A stretch of 64,000 bases of DNA from positions 931,999 to 995,998 of the forward strand of contig JAKMXF010000310.1 in the NCBI GenBank assembly GCA_024704765.1, written 5' to 3'. The stretch comes from Oopsacas minuta. Its lineage: Eukaryota; Animalia; Porifera. This document shows positions 41,401 to 53,400 of this stretch, piece after piece. The first letter of the stretch is position 1; the number at the start of each line of letters is the position of its first letter. The notes under the pieces were generated by a model. It had not been told where the DNA came from, ran no database searches, and saw only the letters and a program-made list of their open reading frames with translations. Both the position numbers and the translations under genes were made by a program.

Positions 41401-44400
41401 AAATTTCAAAAGAAATGTGATGATTTCCGCAAAATTTCACCTCGAGGCACTAAGTTGTCGCGCAGCGACATACCAAGCGAAGTGCACTAGTATAGATTAA
41501 TTGCGTTTTAATAGTATAGATTGTTCATGAAGAATATTCATATAAGACGAACTTTACTAATACGTACTAACCTTTGTTTTTCGAACTTGTCCGAGCCAGG
41601 CCCAAAATACGCCCTTCCCTGTATGCCAAAAATCAGCCCAAATGCACGATCACAATAATGTTCCAACCTATATCTAGTTTGTAGAAGTAAGTTTGGATTA
41701 GGTAGGCCTGAGGTGACCATTAGAAAACTTATTAAAGTATTACGGTATAATGGACTACTGCCACATATAATTTGAAAGTAATCAGCAGTAAGGATGGCAT
41801 TACAGTAGTCCACTAGAGATAAAAGCATGAACTAATTTCTCCATTATATTATTGTCGAGGTATTTATATAAGGTTCCAATCCGGCTAAGATATAATAAGG
41901 CTGTCTTACAAATATTGCTTATATTTGATTTCATTGATAGGTGTTTATCAAAGTTGACTCCTAGATTTCTGGTAACATTAACTGGATGCAAGACAGAAGA
42001 ACAGAATGAGGTAGAGACGGATTGATTTCATCACGATATTTAGAAGTGAAATACACAATATTAGATTTATTAGGGTTACAAACGAGTGTATTTGCATAAA
42101 ACCACTTAAATAAGTCAGCCAAACAAGCTTCCAAACGGATCTTAGTTTCCTCTTTTCGTGTAGGATTCAGAGATATATACAATTGTGTATCATCAGCATA
42201 AAACAATACTGAAAGTCCCTGGGCTTGAATAATATCCTAAACAGGTGAGATATACAAATTGAATAATAACGGACTCAGAACTGATCCTTGAGGAACACCC
42301 CATTTAACATTTTGTGGATCAGATAGAAAACAATATTAATTAGCACACTGCTGCCCTCAGTAAAGAACGATCTTAACTATTTAAGAATCTTACCAACACA
42401 ACCGAATCTGAACTGCAGGCGCTCTAGAAGAATCTCATGGTCAACGGTGTCAAAAGTCAAGGATAGCTCTAAAAGGACCAACACAGCATTTAGTTCAAAT
42501 TTTTTGAGTAACCTCTAACTTCCACTAAACTAAGAACTGTAAAATCACTTAAACACATAAGACGCGTATTCACTGAAAGTTTTGGATGATCGAATATTTC
42601 AGGAAAATTAATTAATAATAAATAATATGCAGCTTTCATGTTTATTACAAGGCAGGGGCGATACAGGATATAATCTCAGGGGGTCAAGTTGCGAGCGAAG
42701 CGAGATATCCCTAAAGGGGGTTTGGTGGACAAGCCCCCAAAAAATGTTTACATGTTATACGCTGAAATAACGAACTATAGCTATTTCTACCACCTATGGA
42801 AGATATAAGTCAATTAGACGCGAACTTGACTCTCTATCTGTTTCAAAATAGACAGTTAGCTACTAGAATGATAATCATTCAAAAATATATAAATATTGTA
42901 GTTATAAATTAATCATAACAGATTTAACAGTTGCAAAATATAATAGAATAACTCCAGTTGTGATATCAATCTGGAAAATCAAAAACTCTCAATTCACTAT
43001 TAAATCTCAGGGGGGTCATAGCCCCCCAGCCCCTGTTACAAGGGCTGTTCATTAAATTATATGACTAAATTTCATAAATAGAACTAAACCAAAACGTATA
43101 AATAATCCTTGCCAACTTGGGCGTAGAATTTCTGTAAAATTTTAAAATTCTGGGAGGGCGACGATTTGGTATTTTGATATATATATATATATAGACATAC
43201 AATTGTTGGTTTACTAGTACCAAATTAAGATATGCTGAAAGTGATTCACTAAGTGTAAATTCCATTTCATTATTTATATCAATTAGAAAATCTCAGTGAA
43301 GCATCAGAACTCTCTCGCCTGTAAACTAAACTTATGATACAATTGCAATTCAGGCCAATTCTTCTTGTACAACAAATTCATTATTTTAGTCTAGATCCAT
43401 ATACAGGGTGTCTAATAATTACTGGCCTATCCATTGTTAACATTTGTCGAACTAATTAGATACAGTAGTATTAGTGTATTTCTACAAGATCCTGTTAATG
43501 TTTTTATCTACTCATATACTATCTTTTGCGGCTATGACGAAATTTTTCTGGCTACATTTTTGTGTATATGTAGCAACTTTGAGATTTTACTCTTATTTCT
43601 GTTATTTTGGGGTAGTGTTGATGGATTCCGACATCCGATATAGAGCAATTGGTTTGTTAGAAGCGGGTACAAGCCAGAAAGAAGTAGCATGTAGGTTTGG
43701 AAAGGGAGTTCGAACAATCAGACGTTGGTGGTTTCGATTCAAACAAAATTCTAGTCTCACACATCGAAAAGGTGCTGGACGGCCTAAAAAAATGAATATG
43801 GCGGCCAAATGGTGATCGTGAAATCGTTGGGTAAAAGACATCACTCAACTAGGAAATTGTCGACTAAACTGAAGTTAAAGGGGTACCAGATTTCAAAGAG
43901 CACTGTACACAATTATTTACGGAATCAATTAGCTGTTAGGGCATTTAAAAGGCCGAAAAAACCCAAGCTGACTCAAAATCAGATGATAAACAGACTCAAA
44001 TTCTGTCAAAAAGTGAAAGATTCGACAGTCAATGATTGGAAGAAAGTTATGTGGTCAGATGAATCACTATTTGAATTATTCCATTCGAGTAACACGCAAA
44101 ATGATCGTATTTGGGCCCACAGTACTCAGGATGTTCTCCCTAGAGAGACAATAAAGAATCCACCCAAAATAATGGTCTGGGGCATGATGAGCTATCGAGG
44201 ATTATCAGACTTGCACTTTATTCCACCAAAACAAATAGTCAATGCGCTATACTATGTTTCAGATATTTTGGAAGGTACATGCCTAAATACACTCAAGAGA
44301 AGAAGAATAAACGGGCCTGTTTATTCTAGAAAATTGGTATTAAAAAGGTCGGAGGCACATTTCATGCAAGATGGTGCTCCTGCTCACAGGGCCATAGTTG

Positions 44401-47400
44401 CACAAGAATGGTGCAAAAAGCAATTTTCAAGCTTTTGGACTAAGGATGAGTGGCCTGGTAACTCACCAGATTTAAACCCAATACAGAATATATGGGGTAT
44501 ATTGAAACAATCCATTGACGAAATGAAGCAACCAAAGAACGTTGAACAACTGAAAAATCAACTCGAATTGCATGGAAAAATATTCAACCCCAATGGCTAG
44601 AGAATATTGTGGCAGGCATGCCAGAAAGGATCAATAAATGTTTACGACTTAATGGAGATTATATAGGAAAGTAAGCGTACATTATGAGGTCTTATATTTC
44701 ATAATATATTTTAGAATTGAATAGGCCAATAATTTCTGGACACCCTGTATAATAATTAACTGTCACAAGAATACTAAAACTTTAAGATTTCAAAAACCAT
44801 TGATAGACAAGTACAACTGGATAAGGAGATGTTCGGGTAATCGAAGCTAGACCGATCAGAGCTGCAAATGGGTCATTGACCAATGGGTCAATAGGTCAGA
44901 TGGTCCAATTTTTCCAGATGGGTCGATGGGTCATGATTGATGCGTCATGACCCACCAGTACTTATATGCATTTAGTACATTTGGTAAAATACATCGGAGT
45001 TATATGCGATTTGCTACACATTAATGTTTAAAAGGTGTTAGTATTATCAACAATTATGTTTTGTCACAGTAATATTATTGTCAAGAATTTAATAATGCTG
45101 AAAATTGAATTCCAATTGATTTTCAACACAGTTCTAGCAGTGGCGTAGGGAGGGGGGTCCTAGGACCACGTCAATCTGTCAGACTGATTATTTTTTCACT
45201 AGCAATAAAACAAAGGACTACTCTTGTTTCAAAAGTACCTCAAAAACATTCTACACAGGTCCTACTTAATAGTATTTGATTTCTTTCTGTTAAGTATCAT
45301 GTTTATTATTCTATCCTATCTTTTGCCACAACATCTTCACGCCGCATCAATTTTATTTTATAAATTGAATTATACTGTTGAATAAACATAAAATAGGCCA
45401 ATCGATAGCCTACTAGGTTTATGGAAATGTTACTTAGTGTGTTTTGTTTGTTAATGGGTAGAGATTACGCAATAGAGTTTTCCATACCGCAAATCGGTCT
45501 TTTGTCAAAGTAATTTTTAATAATCGCTGTGGTGATGGCCCCAGACCACCTTATTGACTCCCTTCGCTCGCTTAGGACCCCCAATCCAAAAACCAGGCTA
45601 CGCCTATGAATTCTAGATATTCTAACCCAAGGAATATGAATCTTTTAGTATTAAACTGGGTTGTGTATCAAAAGTTAATAGGTCAAGATGGGTCACGTGG
45701 GTCATGGGTCACTTTGTATGACCCATTTGCACCTCTGAGACCGTTCTAGAAATATCTCTGGAATGTTGACATGCTGACAGCATTTGTACAGATTTGGATG
45801 AGGGTTGTAGAAAACAGTGGGGGTGAATGTATTAGCCGCACCCCAAGAATAAAACCGGGGCGGCGCACCACCCCCAGCACCCAAGAATTATACACCTATG
45901 CTTGTCAAATGATTATACATATATTGCTAGTGAATATATATAGAGGGGGAAACCATATGGTCTAATTAAGTTAATCAATTGTACTGGCTAGATCTCATAA
46001 ATATTTCTAGAAAATCATTCATTCAAAATTAACAATATTTCACGAGTTTATTGACTAAAAATATGTAACCCAAAATTAGTATTGTAAGAACTACAAATAA
46101 TTTTGTTACTGTTGGTTACTAATATTCCGAAAGGGGCAATTCTCTTGTCATCATCTTGTGTATCTCCCAGTATGTGAAGTAGATCTCCATCTAGAGAGAA
46201 TACTTTGATATTTCTANNNNNNNNNNNNNNNNNNNNNNNNNNNNNNNNNNNNNNNNNNNNNNNNNNNNNNNNNNNNNNNNNNNNNNNNNNNNNNNNNNNN
46301 NNNNNNNNNNNNNNNNNNNNNNNNNNNNNNNNNNNNNNNNNNAAGAAAATAGTATATGCTCTCATATCACAACTGTGTGTTTCATACCTATAGCACAATT
46401 CTCTTTTCTGTATAGAATTGTAAATACAAGTTACGCTATGCTGATGTGATTAGATTGTAAATATATAGAAAACTACACCTCTCTCTTTTCTGTTGAAAAT
46501 AATATCTTATTTCTGAATAGAGTATCTTAATATACTCTCTCCTTATACTATACTCTATATAATATAATTGAGACTAGTGCTCTGCTCTTTCGATCTGTAA
46601 TATGTTAGTTTATAAAGGGGTTATATATTAAAAATAAGGACAGAGAATTAAGCCTTATATACTATAAAATATCATTTCACTAATATATAATTCTGTGCTA
46701 TGCAACGCCCGTACTACATCTTACCTGCCTTCATTGCTTTTCTCTTGTGATTTGTATCTTCTAATAACTCACAACACTCCCCACCTAAAACTATACACAT
46801 TCGTGTTTACAGTCTTCTTTTCCTATCCCACTGAATAGAATTTATTTAGGGTAACCAATTCCCTATTGATTTGTTTTGATATAAATAATCACATACAAAA
46901 ATAGTAACTGAGAAAGAGATTTGGAATAAAACACTATTTAACTGACCAAAAAATCTTCTCCACTCATAGTTTTCCCTCCCGTATACTTTAATATTTAATT
47001 ATAATCTATTAAAACGTATACTACTATAACAGAGGAAAAAAATATATTAGTTAGATTATAACCTTGTTTTAATGAAACAATATATGAACCCTCTCGAACA
47101 TTCCTCCACCCACCTATGAAAATTGGCCGTATGTTCCAATCTTTTGGAGAGAACAAATTATTTTATATTATTATCTGACATAATATATATAAAATATCTA
47201 CCTCTTAATTAGCTGTTAAATTAAACAGCTACTTTGCTTTGTTTGTTGTGCATCGTACCTAAACAGCACCTCTGTCTCCCTCACTGTAGCCTGCAGCTCT
47301 CTCATCTTATCGTCCATCTCCTCAATCATCCTTTCTCTCATGGAGTGGAGCAAGTTCTCTTTCATCTGGGATTGTAGATTTGCTTTCGATTCTTGAGCTG

Positions 47401-50400
47401 ACGAATAGTTTGTTCACGTCCACTTGTCGTAGCCCTTCTACCTTCCTGTTTCTCTCGGAACTCTCTAATTAGCTCAACCCGTCTTCTGTTGAGACTGAGT
47501 ACCAGCTGATCAAATAGCTGATTAATACGTACCTCTGTCTGGTCCATGACTATGGGAGCTTCAATTTCTGGATAACGTTCAGCCATTGTTGAGTAAATTT
47601 CTTGATATTCGTTTGTACTTAATTATACAGATAGAATATCATTACTTATAGAACAGGACAGATTTTAGCTAGTACAGTCTCTTGTGTTAAGCATTTGTGT
47701 CTATTAAGCAGTTTCTAAGAAATATTATCTGTCTTTTGTAACAAAGTTCTCCCGCGAGATTCAAACTCGTGTTTGTTGGTTGTTAAGATCATTCATAGAA
47801 TTTATTATTATTTGTAATAGCCTACGAATTTGTGAAAATTTTAATTATTATTCCTTCCTCATTTACCTCGTGTCTACCTTGAGGTGGCTTTACATTAATT
47901 AATTCGTTACGACAAATTCATTATGAGATATTTCACTTGTGAAAGAATAAGAGTTTTTCTCAAGATATCGATTATATTTTAAATAGTTTGCTGCTAGCGT
48001 ATCGAGCAAAAAGGTTGCAAATCTCTTCTCGCATAGTGCGAATTACTTAAAAATTCATTATATAACCAATAGCTTATACCTTAATGTCTGAGACAGTTGG
48101 TAAAATTGTTAATTTCTGTATTCGCAATCAGAAACTTGGCTGTCTCGGTGGTTACAATCCTAGTCTCCTAACTCAAGAGCTCTCCCTTATACAATCAGAA
48201 ATGTTATCCTGTACTGAATACTGAATGTGAAGGCATATTACGAGATCCACAACACGTTAACAACGGTTATATCTGTAAGGAATGCATGATGGATGGTGAG
48301 AAAGGGAAACTTGACGAGACGAAAAGTAGACTAATCGGGAAATAATCAGCAAAATGTCCGTTTAAAGAAGATGGCTGTGAATGGGAAGGAACCGTGGCAA
48401 CGTTTCTACAACACTCAGAGAACTGTAAAATTATCAGAATACCTTGTCCATATTATTCTTATGACTCTAATATTGCGATCTGGTTCCACCCATGGAATTC
48501 GGAATTGAGGGAATGAGAATTGTTTTCGTGTCGTCAACATTATGCCAGGCACATAGCTACAGGGTGGCTATGGGGGGGCAGTCGCCCCCCCGAGATAAAT
48601 TTGGAAGTTTTCGTTTGTATATACATTGTAGTTAGCTTATTAGCAATATTCATCTATTAGCAACCAGCTTTCGGGTCCCAAACCGGATTATAATGTAAAT
48701 TTCGTTGCCCTATTAGCAACCAAATTTCTGCAAAATCTGAGTTGCTAATACGCGAACTCCACTGTAGTTAATAGTCTATGTACTTCAACTGCATCGTCAA
48801 AACTATGAAATTAATAACTCGCGTTGCGATGATAGTTTTAATACTAGACAGGAAGTAACGCTCATTGATAGTAAACTCGTTCTATTTTGATAGGTACTGA
48901 ATTTCTACTATAATTTTATTTGAATTACCACAGACTGCTAGTAATTGTTGTCAGAAGTTAGACTGTTCATAGAAGTGATTGAAGCATTGTTGATGCTCTT
49001 AGTGTTTCAGTTTTCAAAGCTTGTTTTATACCAAATTCTTGTGACTATCCATCAGAGGTCTTGCAAGGTTGAGCGAATGTTCTCATCTGTTAAGAGAATA
49101 AAAACTCGTTTGCGCTCACAAATGACCACTGTGAGTCTCAACCATATTGCCCTGTTATCTATTGAATAGATAATTGCAGAAACACTTTGCTATAATGATG
49201 TGATTGAAGATTTTAAGTAGATGAAGCACCACCGCTTTCTTTTGTATGTCAAATAGTATCCCTGAATTGAGTTTAGTATCTTAATAAATGCTCTCACTAT
49301 ATGGCATTCTATATAATGTAGACTAGTCTAGTGCTCCCTAGGTTGGTAATCTGGTACTTGATGAATTAATAAGGTTATATATGTAAGAAAAGGAGACTGA
49401 GTCGTACTTGTTATACACAAGTAATTAACTTTTCAAAAATATTTATCCCTGCAATCGCCCTCCCGAAATACTTCTTGCCCCCCTGAATTTCTTGCTCTAG
49501 CTATGTGCTTGGTCAAATCTTTCGAAACATTCCCCCTCTAACTTTATACTAAATCGTTTCCATTGACCTGGTTGCTTTTCTAACACACTGGAATAGATTT
49601 ATTTAGGGGTACCAATTTCCCAATGGTTCTGTTTTAACAAAAATAGTCCCCTACATAAATTGTCCTGGGGGACAGATTTTGTAAAAATATCCATGTTACT
49701 CGTCAAAATTGTCTCCTCCACAAATATTGTCCCTTACCGTATATTGTATTATCATGATCGATTAAATGAAACCTTAGAAAATAATACTAGTGTAATAAAT
49801 TCTTGAGGTAATATTTTACATTGTTTGTAACAATATACAGTAGAACCCCGGAAATACGGTCACCCACGGGACCGAGAAAAATGGCCGTAATTGTCAAACT
49901 TTTTGAAGAAACCATATTCTATTAATATTTACCATACTATAATAATTATAACATGCTAATACATAATTATTAGTTAAAATATGCATCTAACTTTGATTGT
50001 TTGCTATCTGAAAAACATGCAGAAATGGCCTTTTCGTTAACTCTATCTTCAATAGAAGATATCAAAGTGAGGTCATCAGTCATTGACTTATCTTTCAAGA
50101 ATACTTTGAGATTCGNNNNNNNNNNNNNNNNNNNNNNNNNNNNNNNNNNNNNNNNNNNNNNNNNNNNNNNNNNNNNNNNNNNNNNNNNNNNNNNNNNNNN
50201 NNNNNNNNNNNNNNNNNNNNNNNNNNNNNNNNNNNNNNNNNNNNNNNNNNNNNNNNNNNNNNNNNNNNNNNNNNNNNNNNNNNNNNNNNNNNNNNNNNNN
50301 NNNNNNNNNNNNNNNNNNNNNNNNNNNNNNNNNNNNNNNNNNNNNNNNNNNNNNNNNNNNNNNNNNNNNNNNNNNNNNNNNNNNNNNNNNNNNNNNNNNN

Positions 50401-53400
50401 NNNNNNNNNNNNNNNNNNNNNNNNNNNNNNNNNNNNNNNNNNNNNNNNNNNNNNNNNNNNNNNNNNNNNNNNNNNNNNNNNNNNNNNNNNNNNNNNNNNN
50501 NNNNNNNNNNNNNNNNNNNNNNNNNNNNNNNNNNNNNNNNNNNNNNNNNNNNNNNNNNNNNNNNNNNNNNNNNNNNNNNNNNNNNNNNNNNNNNNNNNNN
50601 NNNNNNNNNNNNNNNNNNNNNNNNNNNNNNNNNNNNNNNNNNNNNNNNNNNNNNNNNNNNNNNNNNNNNNNNNNNNNNNNNNNNNNNNNNNNNNNNNATA
50701 CGAAAAATCAGAAGAGAGTTTTTCGAAGAAGAGCTTCTCACTACCGACTATATAACGGAAAACTGGTTAAACCGTCTGGGAATGAGAATTTAATTGTAAT
50801 CAAGGAAACTGAATTGTATGATATTCTGAAGGAAATACATGATAACTCAGGGCACCAATGCGACCGCTATACGTATAATATTGGAAAAGATCGATATTAT
50901 TGGCCAAGTATGTTGAAAGATATTACGTTATACGTTCAAAATTGTGCGCGTTGTGTAAAGAATCAACCATGCCTAAAAAAACCTACAACTCCTCTACAAC
51001 CTCTTCCTGTGATCCCAAAAATTTGGTTCCGAGTGGGCATGGATCTAACAGGCCCACTGATAGATTCAAATGGTTTTAAATACATCCTATCGGTAATTGA
51101 CCATTTTACTAGATGGCTTGAAACGCGTCCTCTTCGTTGTAAAGAGGCTCAAGAAGTTGCTGGTGGTTTATATTCTATTTACTGCAGGCAGGGGGCACCA
51201 GTTCAGATAATCAGCGACAACGGTACCGAATTCACTAACCAGTTATATAAAACATTGCATCAAGTGTACAATTGTAAATTAATCTTTTCGACACCTTACC
51301 ACCCTCAGACCAACGGGCTAGTTGAATCATCGCACAAAGCATTGAAACGCTCGCTCGTTAAAGCTTTGGACGAAAAAAAGGAAAATTGGTACAATTATTT
51401 AGAAGAAATTACATTCTCGCTCAACATAAGACCTCGCCATACCACTCACTTTTCGGCATTCGAACTAATGCATGGTTCGAGAAAACCTCGCCTTCCCATC
51501 GAGGCTGGAAACCTTGCACTATATATCCTGACGTTGTGTCTTCAACTCTTGATGAGTGGGCTGCAGAGGATGATATCATAGAACAAGTCGATCCAATACA
51601 CAAATTTCAACTACAAAATCAAGAAATTGCAGGAGATCATCTCACACACCCCCAAATCATTAATGAAAGCACAGCATGACAAAAAGATAAACCCAGTCAC
51701 TTTCGAGAAAATCGAAAAGAGAGATGAAGTATTGATTGAAAATACCTGTCTCAAGAAGAAAGGTGGAAAATTGGAAGATAAGTGGAATGGTCCATACCTC
51801 ATTGATGAAGTTAACCCAACCAATGTTTGAATAGTGAAAAACAAAAGACCACAGCGTGTGAAGCTATCCAATGTAAAACTTTGGAAGAAAGCAGTAACCG
51901 ATGCTAACAAATGCATAATAGATTCGAATTCAGAAAGAGAACTTAGTCCGAAATCAGATAAAGAGGCACAATTACATTCCAGATTTTCCCTTTCTCATCT
52001 CGGTCGGGCAAATGTAAACTCTGGACACAATATCCGATCAATTCTTAATCAAACAGTATCTTATTCTCAAACATCACAAGATGCAAGTACTAGTAAAGAT
52101 ATGTGCGTTACTTGGAATGGTCATTTCAATGGAGTTAAATTGGTCAACACTTGCTCAGTCGACAATTTCTTAACACTCTTGAGCCTGTACAAGATAATAT
52201 ACTGAAAGCATTTCATCTAGCAGGAGAGGCTCCAAGCGATAGTCTTAATTCTATCTTCACAATGGTTGATGAACGAAATTTCGACGAACTTAGAATGTGG
52301 GCAGCTTCTCAGTAAGAATACCACTAATCAATAATGAATACAACATGTTTGCTTCTGAAGGGAGCATTGTCAAATACATGCAACGTATTGAATTACCCCC
52401 ATTTAGCTGTTTAGAACAATCTTCTACGATTATTCAAAGGTTACATAATCGGAGAAATACATATCTTTTTAACGATTGATTGTTAAACTTATATATTCAA
52501 TGAATCCATATTTTACAGTAATAGAGAAGCATATTGTTGGGCCACCATACTAAAGTATAGTCGGCACAGAAATCAAAATATAGGCGACCATTTCAATATT
52601 GGCCACTACGTAGTAGTCAGCATAGTAAAATAAGAAAAAAGCTATTTATACTCCCCACATCATTTGTTATTTAAAAATTGATATGTGTAAGTGCGCTTTT
52701 CCATATTTCAAACAATTCTATAAGTCATCAAAATACTTTTAGGGGAAGCTTTTCCCCTACCCCAGTAGATAGAGCCCTGAGTAAATTACTAAAGATAGGA
52801 AAACGCAAAATTGTTGAGGTATAAATCATTAGTCAACAGTAGAATATGGATTTTAATGTTATTTAGATATTTCCCCCTCCATCAATCGAATATTCCTCAA
52901 AATGACATAGAACAACATCCAAGTAGGTAGCACATGGCCTACTATAACACGGCTAGCCAAGCAAAGAATTGCCAAAATAATTTCCAGTCCATTGAATATA
53001 TTCTCTTTGATCATGAAGAATTGCAGTTATCATTACAAATCCAACTGTATATAGGTTTCCACATATGGTGGAGACATCTAGAATACTTTTGAACCTGCTT
53101 TCCAAGTTATTTTAACCACAATGACGCAATCAAAGTTCACCTTCAATAATGGTAATTATTTTACTAAAAAATACCAATATTATCGAAAACCCACAAATCT
53201 CATGAAATGAATCATGATTCGCATTAACTTACCTCAAAAACAAAATAGAAAGACCGTATTACATAAAGTTATAAAAATGGTTAACAATTTTGACTTATTT
53301 TGTGTTAGCATACATTTTTTGATGGAATTCCTTCGATTTTCTTGGGTTGACTTTTCAATGCTGTTTTTACGGCGAATATCACTAAAATGATTATTGAACG

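Larger units (their letters stand above)
46051..47586 (-). pseudogene. Coiled-coil + NHL-repeat (TRIM-NHL-like) pseudogene nested in intron 4
   Basis: N-terminal coiled coil MAERYPE..(frameshift)..QMKENLLHSMRERMIEE (47245-47586); C-terminal NHL-like IKVFSLDGDLLHILG..PFGILVT (46051-46216); middle broken by insertions and an N-gap. Confidence 0.65.

Noticed and set aside
47749-47765. TCCCGCGAGATTCAAA (E2F/CHR-like) between the divergent pseudogenes
   Set aside because: A single short motif in non-canonical order; cannot support a promoter call from sequence alone.
50001-50741. Long ORFs spanning N runs (50001-51581, 50088-50741, also 46048-46398 and 46205-46393)
   Set aside because: Lengths are artefacts of translating assembly gaps.
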